Part shown: positions 40,172 through 53,521 of the stretch, in pieces | Numbering within the stretch: position 1 is the first letter of the stretch | How the letters are laid out: every line of letters begins with the position of its first letter | DNA from: Octopus sinensis | Lineage: Eukaryota | NCBI RefSeq assembly: GCF_006345805.1 | Contig: NW_021832013.1 | Span: forward strand, 1-63,327 | DNA: 63,327 bases | Reading direction: 5' to 3' | The notes under the pieces: generated by a model | Seen by the model: the letters and a program-made list of their open reading frames with translations, nothing else | Told to the model about the DNA's origin: nothing | Databases searched by the model: none | Program-made: the position numbers and the translations under genes

Positions 40172-40770
40172 CCCGTTATATGTAACTTAACATGTTAACA
40201 ACTAAAAAATATCCCAACAGAAAAATCATTCAAAAATTGGAAACATAATATTGGCATTATGTTATGTTGTTGTCGTTGCTGTTGTTGTTGTTTTGCCGTG
40301 GTTTAGCTCTCGCTCAGCCATAATAAAATGGCCATATTATTAGAAGGATCGCCTTATCATTTATGTGTTACTTGTTTTAATGTAACCAATCTTCTTTTGG
40401 GGTGTTTAAGCTGTATTTTGGAAGAAAAATATAAGGATAAAACTGTCGTATTTTAGTTACTTTGACAGTGACCGAACGGTGGAGCTCTGACACAGAGATA
40501 ATGCCGTTCATGCGTTTCCAACGCCTGGTTTTCAAGGAGTCAGAGGGTCGGGTGTCCAACAATTTAAACTTGGCAGACTTTGCTCTTCCCCAGAGTTGAA
40601 CATATTCTGTTTCTACCTGACAGATGGAGGGATGGGGTAGAAAAGCGAAAATGAAAATTAAAAAAGGTGAGGAAAAGGAGGAAGAGGAGGGGGAGGAGGA
40701 GAGGGGGGTTGACGGTAATGATAATGATGGTAATGGGGGAGTGGAAAAGGGGAATCACGTTGAAAATATT

Positions 40771-40775
40771 GATGA

Positions 40776-40812
<37 letters not shown>

Positions 40813-40900
40813 AAAGAAGAAGAAGAAGAAGAAGAAGAAGAAGAAGAAGAAGAAGAAGAAGAAGAAGAAGAAGAAGGAGGAGGAGGAGGAGGAGGTGGAG
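40771..40900. repeat. Compound microsatellite (GAT)n-(GAA)n-(GGA)n
   Basis: Directly visible; source of the spurious poly-D/E/G ORF 40624-40938. Confidence 0.95.
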
Positions 40901-41814
40901 AAGGATCGATCTCATTAGTAGACTGGAGTTTGCACTAATACTCTACTGACTAAAGTTTACGCCGGGGAAAGATTTCTTAGAGAAAGTCAGAACGGATATC
41001 ATGCCGACACTGCTTTCGACCCTTCAACGAACTCCAATAACAGTGGAATTAATTAGTTTTTCATTAGCTTGCTGTACTGAATTCGTGTAATTCTATATAA
41101 CTTTAGAGGAATGTAAAGCATCCAATACTTATTTTCAGATCAAAGTAAACAATTGATACAGTCGGACTTTTTATTGATTTTGTGTGTTACTTGTGAATAT
41201 TCAGTCTTTGGTTGCACTTGAAGTTTGTTGTTTGTCCAAAAGTACGTTTCATGTGAAACCCATCATACAAAGAGATTTCCTGTCCAGTAATGTTACATTG
41301 CAGTTTATGTATTCTTTTTCTCTTTTCTTTCCCTGGTAAAAGACAAGATACACTCAGGATTTGTCGGCGATTATACAGTGATTGTTCTCTCATGTGAAAC
41401 ACATTGTACAGACACAAAGTAGTTTTTGAGGCAGCCTACTACTATTCGGCAGTAAATGCTTTTTTCTGGTAAAAAGCAACAAATATCCCAAGGCCTTCTG
41501 GACGACTATAAATGAGCAACTTAGTTCTACTCTTATGTGAAACTCATTATACCCATACAAAGCAGTTTTTCTTCCAAGCGTACTATTCCGCAGTCAATAT
41601 TTTTCTTATTGAATGACAAGATAATCCATGAGTTTCTGTTTATTATAAGTAAACTGTCAAAGGTATTTATAATAGTCACCTGTAATAGTCAACGTAATAT
41701 TAGTTGACTACACGTAGCAAACATTATCTTTCCTCTTACCTATTTCAGTCAGTGGACCTCGGTGATTTTGAGACTTCATCTAGAAGGTTTTAATCGGAAA
41801 AAAAATCAGTGCCT

Positions 41815-42115
41815 ATCTTCTTAACCGTGGCACTCATTTTATCTGGTGTTTTTTGCCGAACCACTAAGTCACGCAAACAAACCGACACCGGTGGTGAGGG
41901 ACAAAATCACCACAGACAAACTAACAAACACAAACACAGGCACATGCACACACGCACATACACACATAGGTTTAATCACACACACACACACTTATTGAGC
42001 CTCTTTCGGTTTACGTCTACCAAATTCACTCACAAAACTTTGGTTCCCGGAGTTATAGCCGAAGACACTTGGCTAAGGTGCCACGTAGCTGGACAGAAAT
42101 GGAACCATGTTACGG
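41815..42115 (-). mobile_element. Decayed family B SINE
   Basis: tttgccgaaccactaagt, gtctaccaaattcactcacaa and gaagacacttggctaaggtgccacg correspond to 48580-48800. Confidence 0.65.
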
Positions 42116-44149
42116 AAATAATCTTTGTTAGAATACCAAAACAGAAGCAACATTATTCTACCATTCTTGTTTATGTCACTGACATTTTCTCAAGTCATTG
42201 CTTTCTCTTTTAGAGCGACTTATGAAGGTAATTGTACACACCACTTCTGTTATTGAAATGTTCAGCCTAATCGCTAAACATTAGTCGAAACATCTCACGT
42301 ACGTTTATTTAATTAACTTATCTCTCAAACGAATGATGTCGCTTGACATAGTCTTGTCCCTTGTTAACAATTCTTATTTTACTCATCAAATGGACTCTTT
42401 TCCATTGATGCGAAGGAAACTGAGCTAAAGGTGAATGAAATCCAAGTATCATTCTAATCACTATCCATTGTCAGAAGTCAAACGCCGTCATTGACTTAAT
42501 ATAGGTTTATCAGTATTTTATATACGTCAGTAAATATATTCCAGCACTATATTGCTTATTGGCATTGCATTTAAAAATAATGATAAACGAACGATATTCA
42601 CAGATTAAATAATAATTTTTTTGTCTTTGTTGAGTGGGTTCTTTTTTTGCTTGTTTGAAAAATTACCCATATCCTATATGTTTTATTGCTATAGACTATA
42701 AAATTTCCATATCTTATCAGTAAGCTATCAATTTATTTGCTAAATTTGTTACTGTAAATACGGTTTTATATCAGCTTATGCTATTCGTATTACCTCGAAT
42801 AAATGAGTTTTTTTCTATTCGTTGCATAACGTTGCTGTATGGAGCTCATTTTCCTTTGATATTTTTATAGTTATTTGCATTCCACGCACGCATGGGTATA
42901 TATGTATATGTATGTTTATGTTTCTTTTTGTGGGGTTGTGTCTCTATGTACTGGAGTGGAAGTAAAGTAGTGTAGGCGCATGGTTTAGTTGTTCAGAGAT
43001 GATCATAAAGTTATGAGTTTAAATCCTTAAACAGCACGTGCCCCGTGTCCTTGAGCAAGGCCCTTCATTTTACGTTTCACTGATTTACAGTTTACTCAAT
43101 TGAAAATGCCCTCTCTGTGCATATCTCCTTCTATCTTTCCCTCCCTCTATCCCTTCTTCCCTTCTCTCTCTATCTCTTTATCTGTCACATGCTGGATATG
43201 CCGCTGGTTTAAAGGTGGGAAAATCGAAAGAGCGTCTGTGTCTGCTCTCAACTTTTGAGTCAACTAAAACAAGTGGCGCAAACACGGTACACTTCAGTAA
43301 GTCATATTCATTCGTGGTTGGCAGCTGAGATTGTAAAATAAATCCTTAAACTTAGCTTTCGGCGATTAGTGTTTCACTTGCTTGAGCACCTGAATCCCCT
43401 ACATTAACCTATAAGGGGCTAAGCAGTCCCTAGGAACGTGTACCCTTAACATAATCCTCAGGCAGAATACAATCTTTGGGGCGGGATTCCACCCAAGTTT
43501 TGCCTCCCAATTTGCCAGTTCAGTTTTGGGTCGACTTGAATCTATTCGTTAGAGGACATTTGACTAAAATGACATATAGGGCTTCAACGATGGCTAACAA
43601 GACTTTCTCAACTAATGAAACACGCCTTCGCCTTGAATGTGTGTACGTTGTGTTTAAGAATTGGTTAAACAAGCTAGAAACACCAACGGATTGCGTGGTT
43701 TTTATGGTTTCCTATTTGTGGATTCATCAGTAGCGTAAGAGCTGTATCCAGAAGATTTTACTGAGGTGCTGAGGCCATGACTATAGAGATAGTGGAATTT
43801 ATTCCAGCTTGGAAACTGGGCCTGCATGCTTGCATATGAATTGTCTTTAAAGTCATCCGATAATAAGACTGTGCCTTTAAAAAAGAGGATGAGTTGGTAA
43901 GCTACCCACCGAAGAACAGTTCATCCAGCGAGACTCAGTACAGTTGTGCTAAAAGAATCTTTTCGAAGTTGACAGACAGTTGGTTTGTATTCGATCAATA
44001 GTGATCGATATATAGCAGAATGGATTAATTAATTATTTAATTAAAGCCCTCACAAACATTAATACTTCAGCGTGGATACATTTCCATGCTTAAAACGAAA
44101 GAATTATTTCTGATTTACTTACAAGACTGTCAACCCTAGTCTTTACCTG

Positions 44150-44703
44150 TCATTTCATTGACCTCGAAAGGATAACAGGCATTGTTGTGCTTGGTGGGAT
44201 TTGAACTCAGAATTTAAACAGTCGGAATAAGTACCGTAAAGCATTTATTCCAAGCTGCAACGATCGCGCTCGTTCGTCGATTCACTGAGAATATATATAT
44301 TCTTTTCTACTCTAGGCACAAGGCCCAGAATTTTGTGGGGAGTGGGAAGGCAGTTGATTAGATCAACCCCAGTACGCAACTGGTACTTGATTTATCGACC
44401 CTGAAAGGATGAAAGGCAAAGTCGATCTCGGCGGAATTTGAACTCAGAAACTGAAGGTAGACGAAATGCCTATTTCTTTACTGCCCACAAGGGGCTACAC
44501 ACAGAGAGGACAAACAAGGACAGACAAACGGATTAAGTCGATAATATCGACCTCAGTACGTAATTGGTACTTAATTTATCGACCCCGAAAGGATGAAAAG
44601 CAAAGTCGACCTCGCCGGAATTTGAACTCAGAACGTAATGGCAAACGAGATATCGCCATGCATTTCGCCCGGCGTGCTAACGTTTCTGCCTGGTCGCCGC
44701 CTT
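44150..44703 (-). mobile_element. Three abutting family A SINE copies
   Basis: CORE-like block repeated at ~44160-44190, 44395-44430 and 44575-44615; the two younger copies have different tails. Confidence 0.85.
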
Positions 44704-44708
44704 ACTGA

Positions 44709-44768
<60 letters not shown>

Positions 44769-44824
44769 AATAAAAGACAACACAGCTTTAAAATTATTTC
44801 AATTGCAAAATATATTGAATGGGA

Positions 44825-45155
44825 GTGAAGGCTGAGGTAAGAAGTTTGTTTCCCAACGAGATCGTTCCAGTTTTAGTCACACTGCAATTCAACTTGAACA
44901 AGTATATTCTACTATGACCATGAGCCAACCAAAACCTTCTGGGTTGAGTTGGTAGATAGAAACCGAAAGAAGCTTGCTGTGTGTGTGTGACGACTGTTTC
45001 ACAAGCAGTGGTGATGAGCTTCCATCTCCGTAACACGGCGGTTTGCCAAAAAGACAATAATAGAATAATTACTGGGGTCGATACGTTCTTGTAAAATTCT
45101 TCAGGGTGGTGCCCCAGCTTGGCCGCAGTCTAATAACTGAAACAAATAAAAGATA
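44825..45155 (+). mobile_element. Family B SINE, decayed
   Basis: Head gaggtaagaagtttgtttcccaac, gaaagaagcttgctgt, tail ggtggtgccccagcttggccgcagtc..actgaaacaaataaaag. Confidence 0.75.
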
Positions 45156-45408
45156 AACAGAAACATAACTATATAAATACCTATCCTGTTGAGTTTGTAA
45201 AAGAATACAAAACAAATACCGAAGCAACACTGAGTAAAACTACAGATTTTAGCGAACACTGTCTGGCAGAAACCGATGTCAATATTGTAGCTTTGGAACT
45301 TCGAAGCAAAAGCTGCAAAACAAACAAGAGCTATTTTCGCATCTGTTGATCCAGTTATTTACCTTCGTGAAGTGTTGCGTCAATGCCAATCTTCATCAAT
45401 TGCTGTGC

Positions 45409-45409
<1 letters not shown>

Positions 45410-45466
<57 letters not shown>

Positions 45467-45592
45467 CATTATTATTATCATTATTATATTATTATCATTA
45501 TTATTATTATATTATTATCATTATTATTATTATTAATTATTATTATTATTATTATTATCATTATTATTATTATTATCATTATTATTATTATT

Positions 45593-45655
<63 letters not shown>

Positions 45656-45658
45656 TAC

Positions 45659-45697
<39 letters not shown>

Positions 45698-45714
45698 TAC
45701 TATTACTATTACTA

Positions 45715-45746
<32 letters not shown>

Positions 45747-45835
45747 TATTATTATTAGTACTATTACTATTACTATTATTATTATATTATTATTATTATT
45801 ACTATTACTATTACTATTACTATTACTATTATTAC

Positions 45836-45889
<54 letters not shown>

Positions 45890-46003
45890 TACTATTACTA
45901 TTACTATTATTATTATTATTATTATTATTACTATTACTATTACTATTACTATTACTATTATTATTATTATTATTATTATATTATTATTATTATTATTATT
46001 ATT
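45410..46003. repeat. ~600-bp (TTA)n array with TCA/CTA variants
   Basis: Directly visible; abuts the 3' end of the minus-strand Dong copy. Confidence 0.97.
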
Positions 46004-46329
46004 CAGTAGTTTTATTTTTATAGCGTGCTTTCACTTCACTATCGAGCGCAGCTCTGTGTGCCTTGGGTATGTGCTGTGATTTGTTGTGATGCTCTGATGG
46101 TTACTGTATGGAAAGTGTTCTGCGTAGGATGTGCAATTTTCTGTATGCTATATGTGTTTGTAAGTCCTGGTGTTTTTGTTATGTATTTGTCTGAATATTT
46201 TTTTATCATGCCTAATGCACCTACTATGATAGGAATTGTTTCTGTTTTTAGATTCCACATTCTGGTTACCTCTATTTCCAGGTCATTGTATTTTGAGAGT
46301 TTCTCCATTTCTTTTAAAGACACGTTGTC
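46004..46329 (-). mobile_element. 5'-truncated Dong-type LINE copy
   Basis: [30 protein letters not shown] (ORF 46039-46323), 3' end cagtagttttattttt; TTA tracts on both sides; short internal deletion between tgca repeats near 46130. Confidence 0.92.
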
Positions 46330-46339
46330 TCTATTATTA

Positions 46340-46398
<59 letters not shown>

Positions 46399-47514
46399 GA
46401 GTGAAAGAGGCAGTGTATCCCATCAAAGTGACACTGGGGTAAAATATACGAAGCCCAGTATACCCATCATGATTACTCGTACACCAAGCACATGCATCAC
46501 AACCATATGTGCGGAACATGGTGATTTCATATCAAGATAAACAGCACATGACCTTGCAGGTGGGGCCCAGTTAGAAATGTCTTCAGGTCGAGCAGCCCAC
46601 CCTGCTCAAAAGGTCCCTGAATAAAGGTTGCTTAAGGATGTAGAATGAACCACCCATGTTTCCAAAGGTGAATTATCAAAACCTCCAAGAATTCCTCTCA
46701 ACACACGGTTATAATGCTTCCCCCCTACTTCTGCTCGTGGTCAGAGATGCACATATCGTCAGCCACTAAGGGACATGCTCAACTGGTTAAGGTCAAACAA
46801 CTGACAAGCACATCTGTGGTATTGAGCAGAATATTTGCTGTAGCCCATCTTTTGTACCAAGACAAAAAAATGTACATGATAACACTTCCAATCAGTTAAG
46901 ATCAGAAGCCATGAGAGACACTGCCTGGTACTGCATCAGGGCTTTGATTACTGCAGCAGGGCATATGGCGGGTGAAAGAGCAGTGCATGCCATCAAAGTG
47001 ACACTAGGGTAAAATATACGAAGCCCAGTATACCCATCATGATTACTCGTACACCAGGCACATGCATCACAACCATATGGGCGCAACATGGTGATCTCAT
47101 ATCAAGATAAACAGCGCATGAACTTGCAGGTGGGGCCCAGTTAGAAATGTCTTCATGTCGAGCAGCCCATCCCGCTCAAAAGGTCCCCGAATAAGTGTTA
47201 TTTGAGGATGTTGAACCAAGCACCCATGTTTCCAAGGGTGAATCTCTCCAAAACCCAAAGAATTCCTCTCAACACATGGCTTTGATGCTCCCCAACTACC
47301 TCTGCTCGTGATCAGAGATGCACATATCGTCTGCCACTAAGGGACATGTTCAACTCGTTAAGGTCAAACAACTGACAAGGACATCTGTGGTATTGAGCAG
47401 AATATTCTCTGTAGCCCATCTTTTATACTAAGACAAAACAATATACATGATAACAATTCCAGTCAGTTAAGATCAGAAGCCATGAGAGCTACTGCCTGGT
47501 ACTGTATCAGGGCA
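46399..47514. repeat. Two tandem ~545-bp copies of a non-coding interspersed repeat
   Basis: 46399-46942 and 46972-47514 align end to end (roughly 90% by eye); left flank (TTA)n, right flank (CTT)n. Confidence 0.9.
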
Positions 47515-47516
47515 TT

Positions 47517-47672
47517 TCTTCTTCTTCTTCTTCTTCTTCTTCTTCTTCTTCTTCTTCTTCTTCTTCTTCTTCTTCTTCTTCTTCTTCTTCTTCTTCTTCT
47601 TCTTCTTCTTCTTCTTCTTCTTCTTCTTCTTCTTCTTCTTCTTCTTCTTCTTCTTCTTCTTCTTCTTCTTCT
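47517..47672. repeat. Pure (CTT)n tract, about 50 units
   Basis: Directly visible. Confidence 0.97.
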
Positions 47673-48062
47673 GCTTAAGGTATCAATTATGCATCTTTCT
47701 TGTTTAGATCTGGTTTTATTTATTAAGTACTAGGAATTGAGAAATATATAGAAAAATAATTTACATCGATATTTCCATATACATGGTAAAAGTTGTCTTC
47801 TGAGATTTTGATGAATTCTTGTTAAACCTGCCGTAAATCCAAATATAAAGTCCTTGCGTTCGTTTGTGCTCGTCTGAAATTTCTGTTATGTCCTGTCACA
47901 TTCTTACTATATTTCCGACACCAGATGCAGGCGTGGCTGCGTGGACAATAAGCTCTCTCTGCAACCAAGTGGTTTCGATTCAGTATCACAGCGTGGACAT
48001 CTTAAGCAGGTGTTTTTTTTTATTATAGCTTAAAGTTTTCCAAGTGGATTTCGTGAAGCCAT

Positions 48063-48335
48063 TTGGAGGCACATGGCCTAGTGGTTAGAGCAGCGGATTT
48101 GCAGTCGAGGGAACATGGGTTCGAATCTCAGACCGGGAGATGTGTGTGTTTAAGAGCGGCACCCTTGAGCTCCACGCGCCTCCGGCAGAAGGTAAAGGCG
48201 AGCTTCTATAGACTCTTTCGTCACAACTTTCTCACACTCTTTCCTCCTGCATCTTGCAGCTCACCTGCGACAGACCGGCGTCCAGTCCAGGTGGGGAAAC
48301 TATACGCCAAGGAAACCGAGAAACAAGGGGCAAAA
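48063..48335 (+). mobile_element. tRNA-derived SINE, family C-type head
   Basis: ggaggcacatggcctagtggttagagcagcgg (A box), gggttcgaatctc (B box), gaccggg...; similar to 53522-53735 and the head of 59551-59935. Confidence 0.8.
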
Positions 48336-48402
48336 AGGATTAAGAAGAATGGAAGCCATTGCACATATGTATGTATATGTGTGTGTGTGTGTGTGCGTGT
48401 GG

Positions 48403-48441
<39 letters not shown>

Positions 48442-48449
48442 ATTACTCT

Positions 48450-48841
48450 TTACTCTTTTACTCTTTTACTTGTTTCGGTCATTTGACTGCGGCTATGCTG
48501 GAGCACCGCCTTTAGTCGAGCAAATCGACCCCGGGACTTATTCTTTGTAAGCCCAGTACTTATTCTATCGGTCTCTTTTGCCGAACCGCTAAGTTACGGG
48601 GACGTAAACACACCACCATCGGTTGTCAAGCAATGCTAGGGGGACAAACACAGACTCGCAAACACACACATACATATATACGACAGGCTTCTTTCAGTTT
48701 CCGTCTACCAAATCCACTCACAAGGCATTGGTCGGCCCGGGGCTATAGCAGAAGACACTTGCCCAAAATGCCACGCAGTGGGAATGAACCTGGAACCATG
48801 TGGTTGGTTAGCAAGCTACTTACCACACAGCCACTCCTGTG

Positions 48842-48842
<1 letters not shown>
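48450..48842 (-). mobile_element. Full-length family B SINE
   Basis: Minus strand: gtggctgtgtggtaagtagcttgc, ggttccaggttcattccc, body, short internal microsatellite, tail ggcggtgctccagcatagccgcagtcaaatgaccgaaacaagtaaaaga. Confidence 0.9.
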
Positions 48843-48898
<56 letters not shown>

Positions 48899-49192
48899 GG
48901 ATAAAATCTATATTTGATTTTATTAAGTAGTCACCATGTAAAAATGAATTAGGGTAAAAATTAATACAATAAATAATTATTCTATAAGTATAATTATAAA
49001 ACCGTATTAAGGGCAAAGAACGAGTCTTACAACTGGCTAAGCCACATATTGAAAGAAGACGCCAAATGGCGCGAAGCTCCATTAAGTATATAATAACATA
49101 GGACCCCTTAGACATATAGGTATATTTATATACCATATATACATATATAATATATATATATATATAATATATATGTATATATATATATATAT

Positions 49193-49248
<56 letters not shown>

Positions 49249-49681
49249 CCAATTAAGGACTGAACACGAAAAGTGGACAGTCAACATGCTAGATATAGAC
49301 GTCAAATCGCCATTCACCACAAAAGATTATGTTCTCAGATCAAACTCAACACAAAACCATAGCAATAAACAAGTGAAAAATATACGAAATAAAATAATTA
49401 CCCATGTACTAAATTAGTTTCAGCTGTTATTTTCCGCAATATATATATATTTATTTATTTATGTGTCTGTGTTTGTCACACACAATTGCTTGACAAACGA
49501 TGTAGGTGTCTATGTCCCCGTAACTTAGCGGTTCAGCAAAAGACACCGATAGAATAAGTAAGCCAAATTACTGAAACAAGAAAAAGAATAAAAAATTATC
49601 TAAGCGCACATTGCATTGCATATCTGAGTATATGTTGTATTCCAAATTGTTGAAGCTACCTGAACTTTTTCGTTTTAATTG

Positions 49682-49719
<38 letters not shown>

Positions 49720-49804
49720 GCTCTCTATCTCACTCTTTCTCTCTCTCTCTCTATATATATATACATATATATTATATATATGTATATATATGTGTGTGTA
49801 CGTG

Positions 49805-49876
<72 letters not shown>

Positions 49877-50578
49877 TTATATGTGCGTGTATGCGTACAA
49901 GCTTGCTCATGTATGTGTAAATGTGTATACCGTCAGTTACCTTCGTGAAAACACACTCAATAAGCGTTGTGCGGCTCGGTGCTATAATACATGTATTTTG
50001 CACAAGATGCACCTCAATGGAGCTGAAAACTAAACAACGTAGTGGTGAAGCGAAATTTTCAGCACACAACTCTGCCTCCGGCTAAGCAGACTCTCTATTG
50101 AGGCTTCTGCCACAACCAATGAGATAACTGGAATACATAGCATAAAAAAGATATTTAGATCTGAAGGCTGTCTGCATCATAATATAATGATATTAATTTT
50201 TTTTTAAATAAAGCAAGAAGATTAGTCGAGATGTATAGACAGAGGCATAATATTCGTGATGTATGAAAGGATAACGATGCTACTTTGTGTAACATGATGG
50301 GAGTCTAATGTATATATATATACGCATACACACACATATGTGTGTGTGTGTGCTTCGCTGTGCGGACGTTTGTGTGTGCATATCTGTCTCTCTGCCTGTC
50401 TCTATGTATGTATGTGTGTATGTATACAACTTACGCATACATGTGTATACATACATATATGTAAATAATCAGATTGTACACACGCACCAGAGTGTACACA
50501 TGCACAATACAAATCTATATTTGTATGTATATGTACATGTATGCGCAAAAAATACGTGTGTTTGTGTGTTATACATAT

Positions 50579-50609
<31 letters not shown>

Positions 50610-50766
50610 ATGTATGTGTGTGTGTATGTATGTATATATATGTGTATAGGAATGTTCGTATATGTGCATATACATACACACACATACACATATATACAAA
50701 TGCATATATATATATATATATATATATATAAATTGATCAAAATAAAAACATGATGCGAAGGATTCA

Positions 50767-50844
50767 GCGGTACATATGTTTCGGGCCTTTATTAGACAGA
50801 TTTATAACAATGCATAATGTATGTCTGTGGCCTTCTTCAGCCGC
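50767..50844 (-). ncRNA. Mirror hammerhead motif in the left arm
   Basis: Reverse complement of 51300-51377 with one loop substitution that restores an agaca/tgtct stem II extension. Confidence 0.75.
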
Positions 50845-51299
50845 GCACAACAGCTTCCACAAGGACATGTGTTACATCAAAAATTCCTGGTTGGGGATGC
50901 AAATCCTCCCATTCGCGTACGACATAATGCGGCAGCAGCATAGAATTGAAGCGTCCATCTCTTTCTTCTCTCAATGTAAGATGAGGAAAAATACATGTAT
51001 ATACATGTATATATACATGTATATACGTGAAGATGTATATATTTTTCTATACTTACACTTTTTATACATTTTTTATCCCTCGTCCTGAATTCTCGCCCCT
51101 CCATCTTCACGTATATACATGTATTTGTTTATTTACATTACTTCAACATCCATTTTTCCTCATCCTACATTGAGAGAAGAAAGAGATGGACGCTTCAATT
51201 CTATGCTGCTGCCGCATTATGTCGTACGCGAATGGGAGGATTTGCATCCCCAACCAGAAATTTTTGATGTAACACATGTCCTTGTGGAAGCTGTTGTGC

Positions 51300-51377
51300 G
51301 CGGCTGAAGAAGGCCACATACATACATTATGCATTGTTATAAATCTGTCTAATAAAGGCCCGAAACATATGTACCGC
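51300..51377 (+). ncRNA. Type I hammerhead ribozyme motif in the right arm
   Basis: gcgg-CTGAAGA-a-ggcc[41 nt]ggcc-c-GAAA-catatg-TA-ccgc: intact core, palindromic stem III ACATATGT, stem I gcgg/ccgc, A.C mismatch at the base of stem II. Confidence 0.75.
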
Positions 51378-51484
51378 TGAATCCTTCGCATCATGTTTTT
51401 ATTTTGATCAATTTACTCCACCACCTACACCACCAAACGGTATACACAGGTGCTTATAATTATCAAGTACTCACCCCGAATTTC

Positions 51485-51518
<34 letters not shown>

Positions 51519-51641
51519 TGTATATATGTATGTATATACATGCATGCGTAATACATATATATATACATACACATACATACATACATACATACATACATAC
51601 ATACATACATACATACATACATACATACATACATACATACA

Positions 51642-51681
<40 letters not shown>

Positions 51682-51709
51682 CAAAATAAGCAACAAGAAT
51701 GACTCCGGT

Positions 51710-51800
51710 AATTTGGTACGATCGTTTCGTACTACATCATTTTATTAACTGTTGTAAGTATTACAACAGATTTAAGAGGCTGAGTACTCATCAGCCAATT
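51710..51800 (-). ncRNA. Canonical type I hammerhead ribozyme motif
   Basis: Minus strand aattgg-CTGATGA-gtact[...ctgttgtaa-tac-ttacaacag...]agtac-GAAA-cgatcg-TA-ccaa: full consensus core, G-C at the stem II base, palindromic stem III ACGATCGT, GUA triplet, stem I ttgg/ccaa. Confidence 0.85.
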
Positions 51801-53521
51801 TTAGAGGTGTTCCATTAATACAAAAGTGTTCAAATCAAGTGGCAACATTATAGAGAAGGTAGATATATAGACAAAGATGTGGATTTAAATTTTAAGAACA
51901 TTTGAGGTAGTGGAGCCCATCAACTGACTGACTAAGATTCGGTTGTTCCAGACTGCGGTAAGGTTGTGAGAGTGAGGACTAAGTTGAAGGAAGCAATAAA
52001 GATTTCTAATTATAGAAATGGGGTAAAGGGGGTTTCAGAGCTCCATAAAAGGAATTCATGTGGAAGACAGCTATTGTCACTACTAAATGCCAATTACTAC
52101 TATTTGATGAGAGAACTAGGTCAATGTCAAGTGGTCACAATCATATTCACAGAGAGTGTAATTTGGAGAAAAAAAGACTATCACTTATTTCGAGTAGGCA
52201 TAGTACCTTCTTAACTGGGGAAAAGCCTTATTAATCAGGTGAACCTATTTTGGGTCAAAATATATACTAAGAAAGATGGAAGAGGGAAAATCAAAGAAGG
52301 AAGATTTACATAGATTTAGTGCAATGTGATAATTATGAGGGGAAGTGATTTAGAAGAGTAAATTATTCAAAATTCATGGATAGTGAGTTGATATTAATGA
52401 ATTAAAAATAGGAACTATTGGGGATAAAATTTACTACCTGTGGATAAAAGTTAATTAGTTAGGTAAAAATATCTTAGGTTAATTATATATTAAAAATGAG
52501 AGTGAGATAATCAGGATTCACTATATTATTCACAATATTATTTATGGGATTTAAGCTATCCATATCAAGGAAGGTGATTTTAATTTTCCCAAGCAGATAC
52601 ATAGACGAATATACAAAGATATAAATACAAAAACACTAATATATATGAGCGTGTATTATATGTGTATGTATGTGGTATTCTGTATGTGCATGTGTGTATG
52701 TGTGTGTATATTTATATCGCTTTATGGTCTGTCCTATAGACACAGATGCTCAATTTCTCAGGATGTCTGTCATTCTTCAGAATTTTTATTCAAACATAAA
52801 CGTATGCTTTTATTTCTCTGTAATGTACGTGATCAAAACTTTAGTTATAGATTCAAAATGTTCTCCCCCGCCTCTATACGTATATGCACATAAAAATGAA
52901 GATGCATACATACACCACAATTTATACACAAACATATGTACACGGGCACACAAACAAATGCCCGCGCGCACACACACACAGGATCAATCAATAACGTGCA
53001 CATTTTGATAACTTTTCTCTTCAATTATTTGGAGGTAAATCACACACACGCACGTACGAATACATATACACATACACATATGCACGCACAAACAAAACTA
53101 CATATATACCATATACACACACACTTGTATATGTGTGTGCGTGTGTGTGTGTGCATGTATATATATATATATATATGCGTGTGTGTGTATGTATATATAT
53201 ATATATATGTATATATATACATATATTGATGGACACTCCTGTTGAAGACAACGTATGACTATTCAGATTTTCCCGACGACCTGCAGAAAGGATTTGCTGT
53301 AATCCAATGTATGTGCTGTACAGAAGCCCTCTCCCTCTGTCCCATGGACGTTGCCTTAAAAGGGGCACAGTGTGCCACGCGCCAGGTGTTGAAGCAATCG
53401 CAGACCACTGTGCGAGGAAGTGTTTGCTTCAAGAACACAACACAATAAGAATTGAAACCACGATCTAACCACTAGGCCATGCCTCCTCATACATGCACAC
53501 ACATATAACATATATAAGTGG

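Larger units (their letters stand above)
50730..51414. repeat. Inverted repeat, ~263-bp arms (50730-50992 and 51152-51414), ~160-bp spacer
   Basis: Arms are reverse complements with a few substitutions (ORF track shows twin 83/112-aa ORFs on opposite strands); inner 22-bp inverted pair at 51011-51033 / 51101-51122. Confidence 0.95.

Noticed and set aside
40624-40938. Acidic poly-D/E/G ORF
   Set aside because: Coincides with a compound trinucleotide repeat; no splice or domain support.
43500-44000. Possible CR1/L2 3' fragment on the minus strand (also 24950-25300)
   Set aside because: Only a faint IDRIQ-like resemblance; too decayed to annotate with confidence.
45346-46023. Long ORFs of poly-L/Y/I and the many [12 protein letters not shown] and LSIY ORFs across the window
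   Set aside because: They are translations of (TTA)n, (TA)n, (GT)n and (GATA)n microsatellites with no domain content.
49035-49075. gaaagaagacgccaaatggcgcgaagctc and similar partial motifs (25770-25810, 49390-49440, 59470-59500, 62950-62980)
   Set aside because: Each has two or more core defects; too degenerate to call individually.
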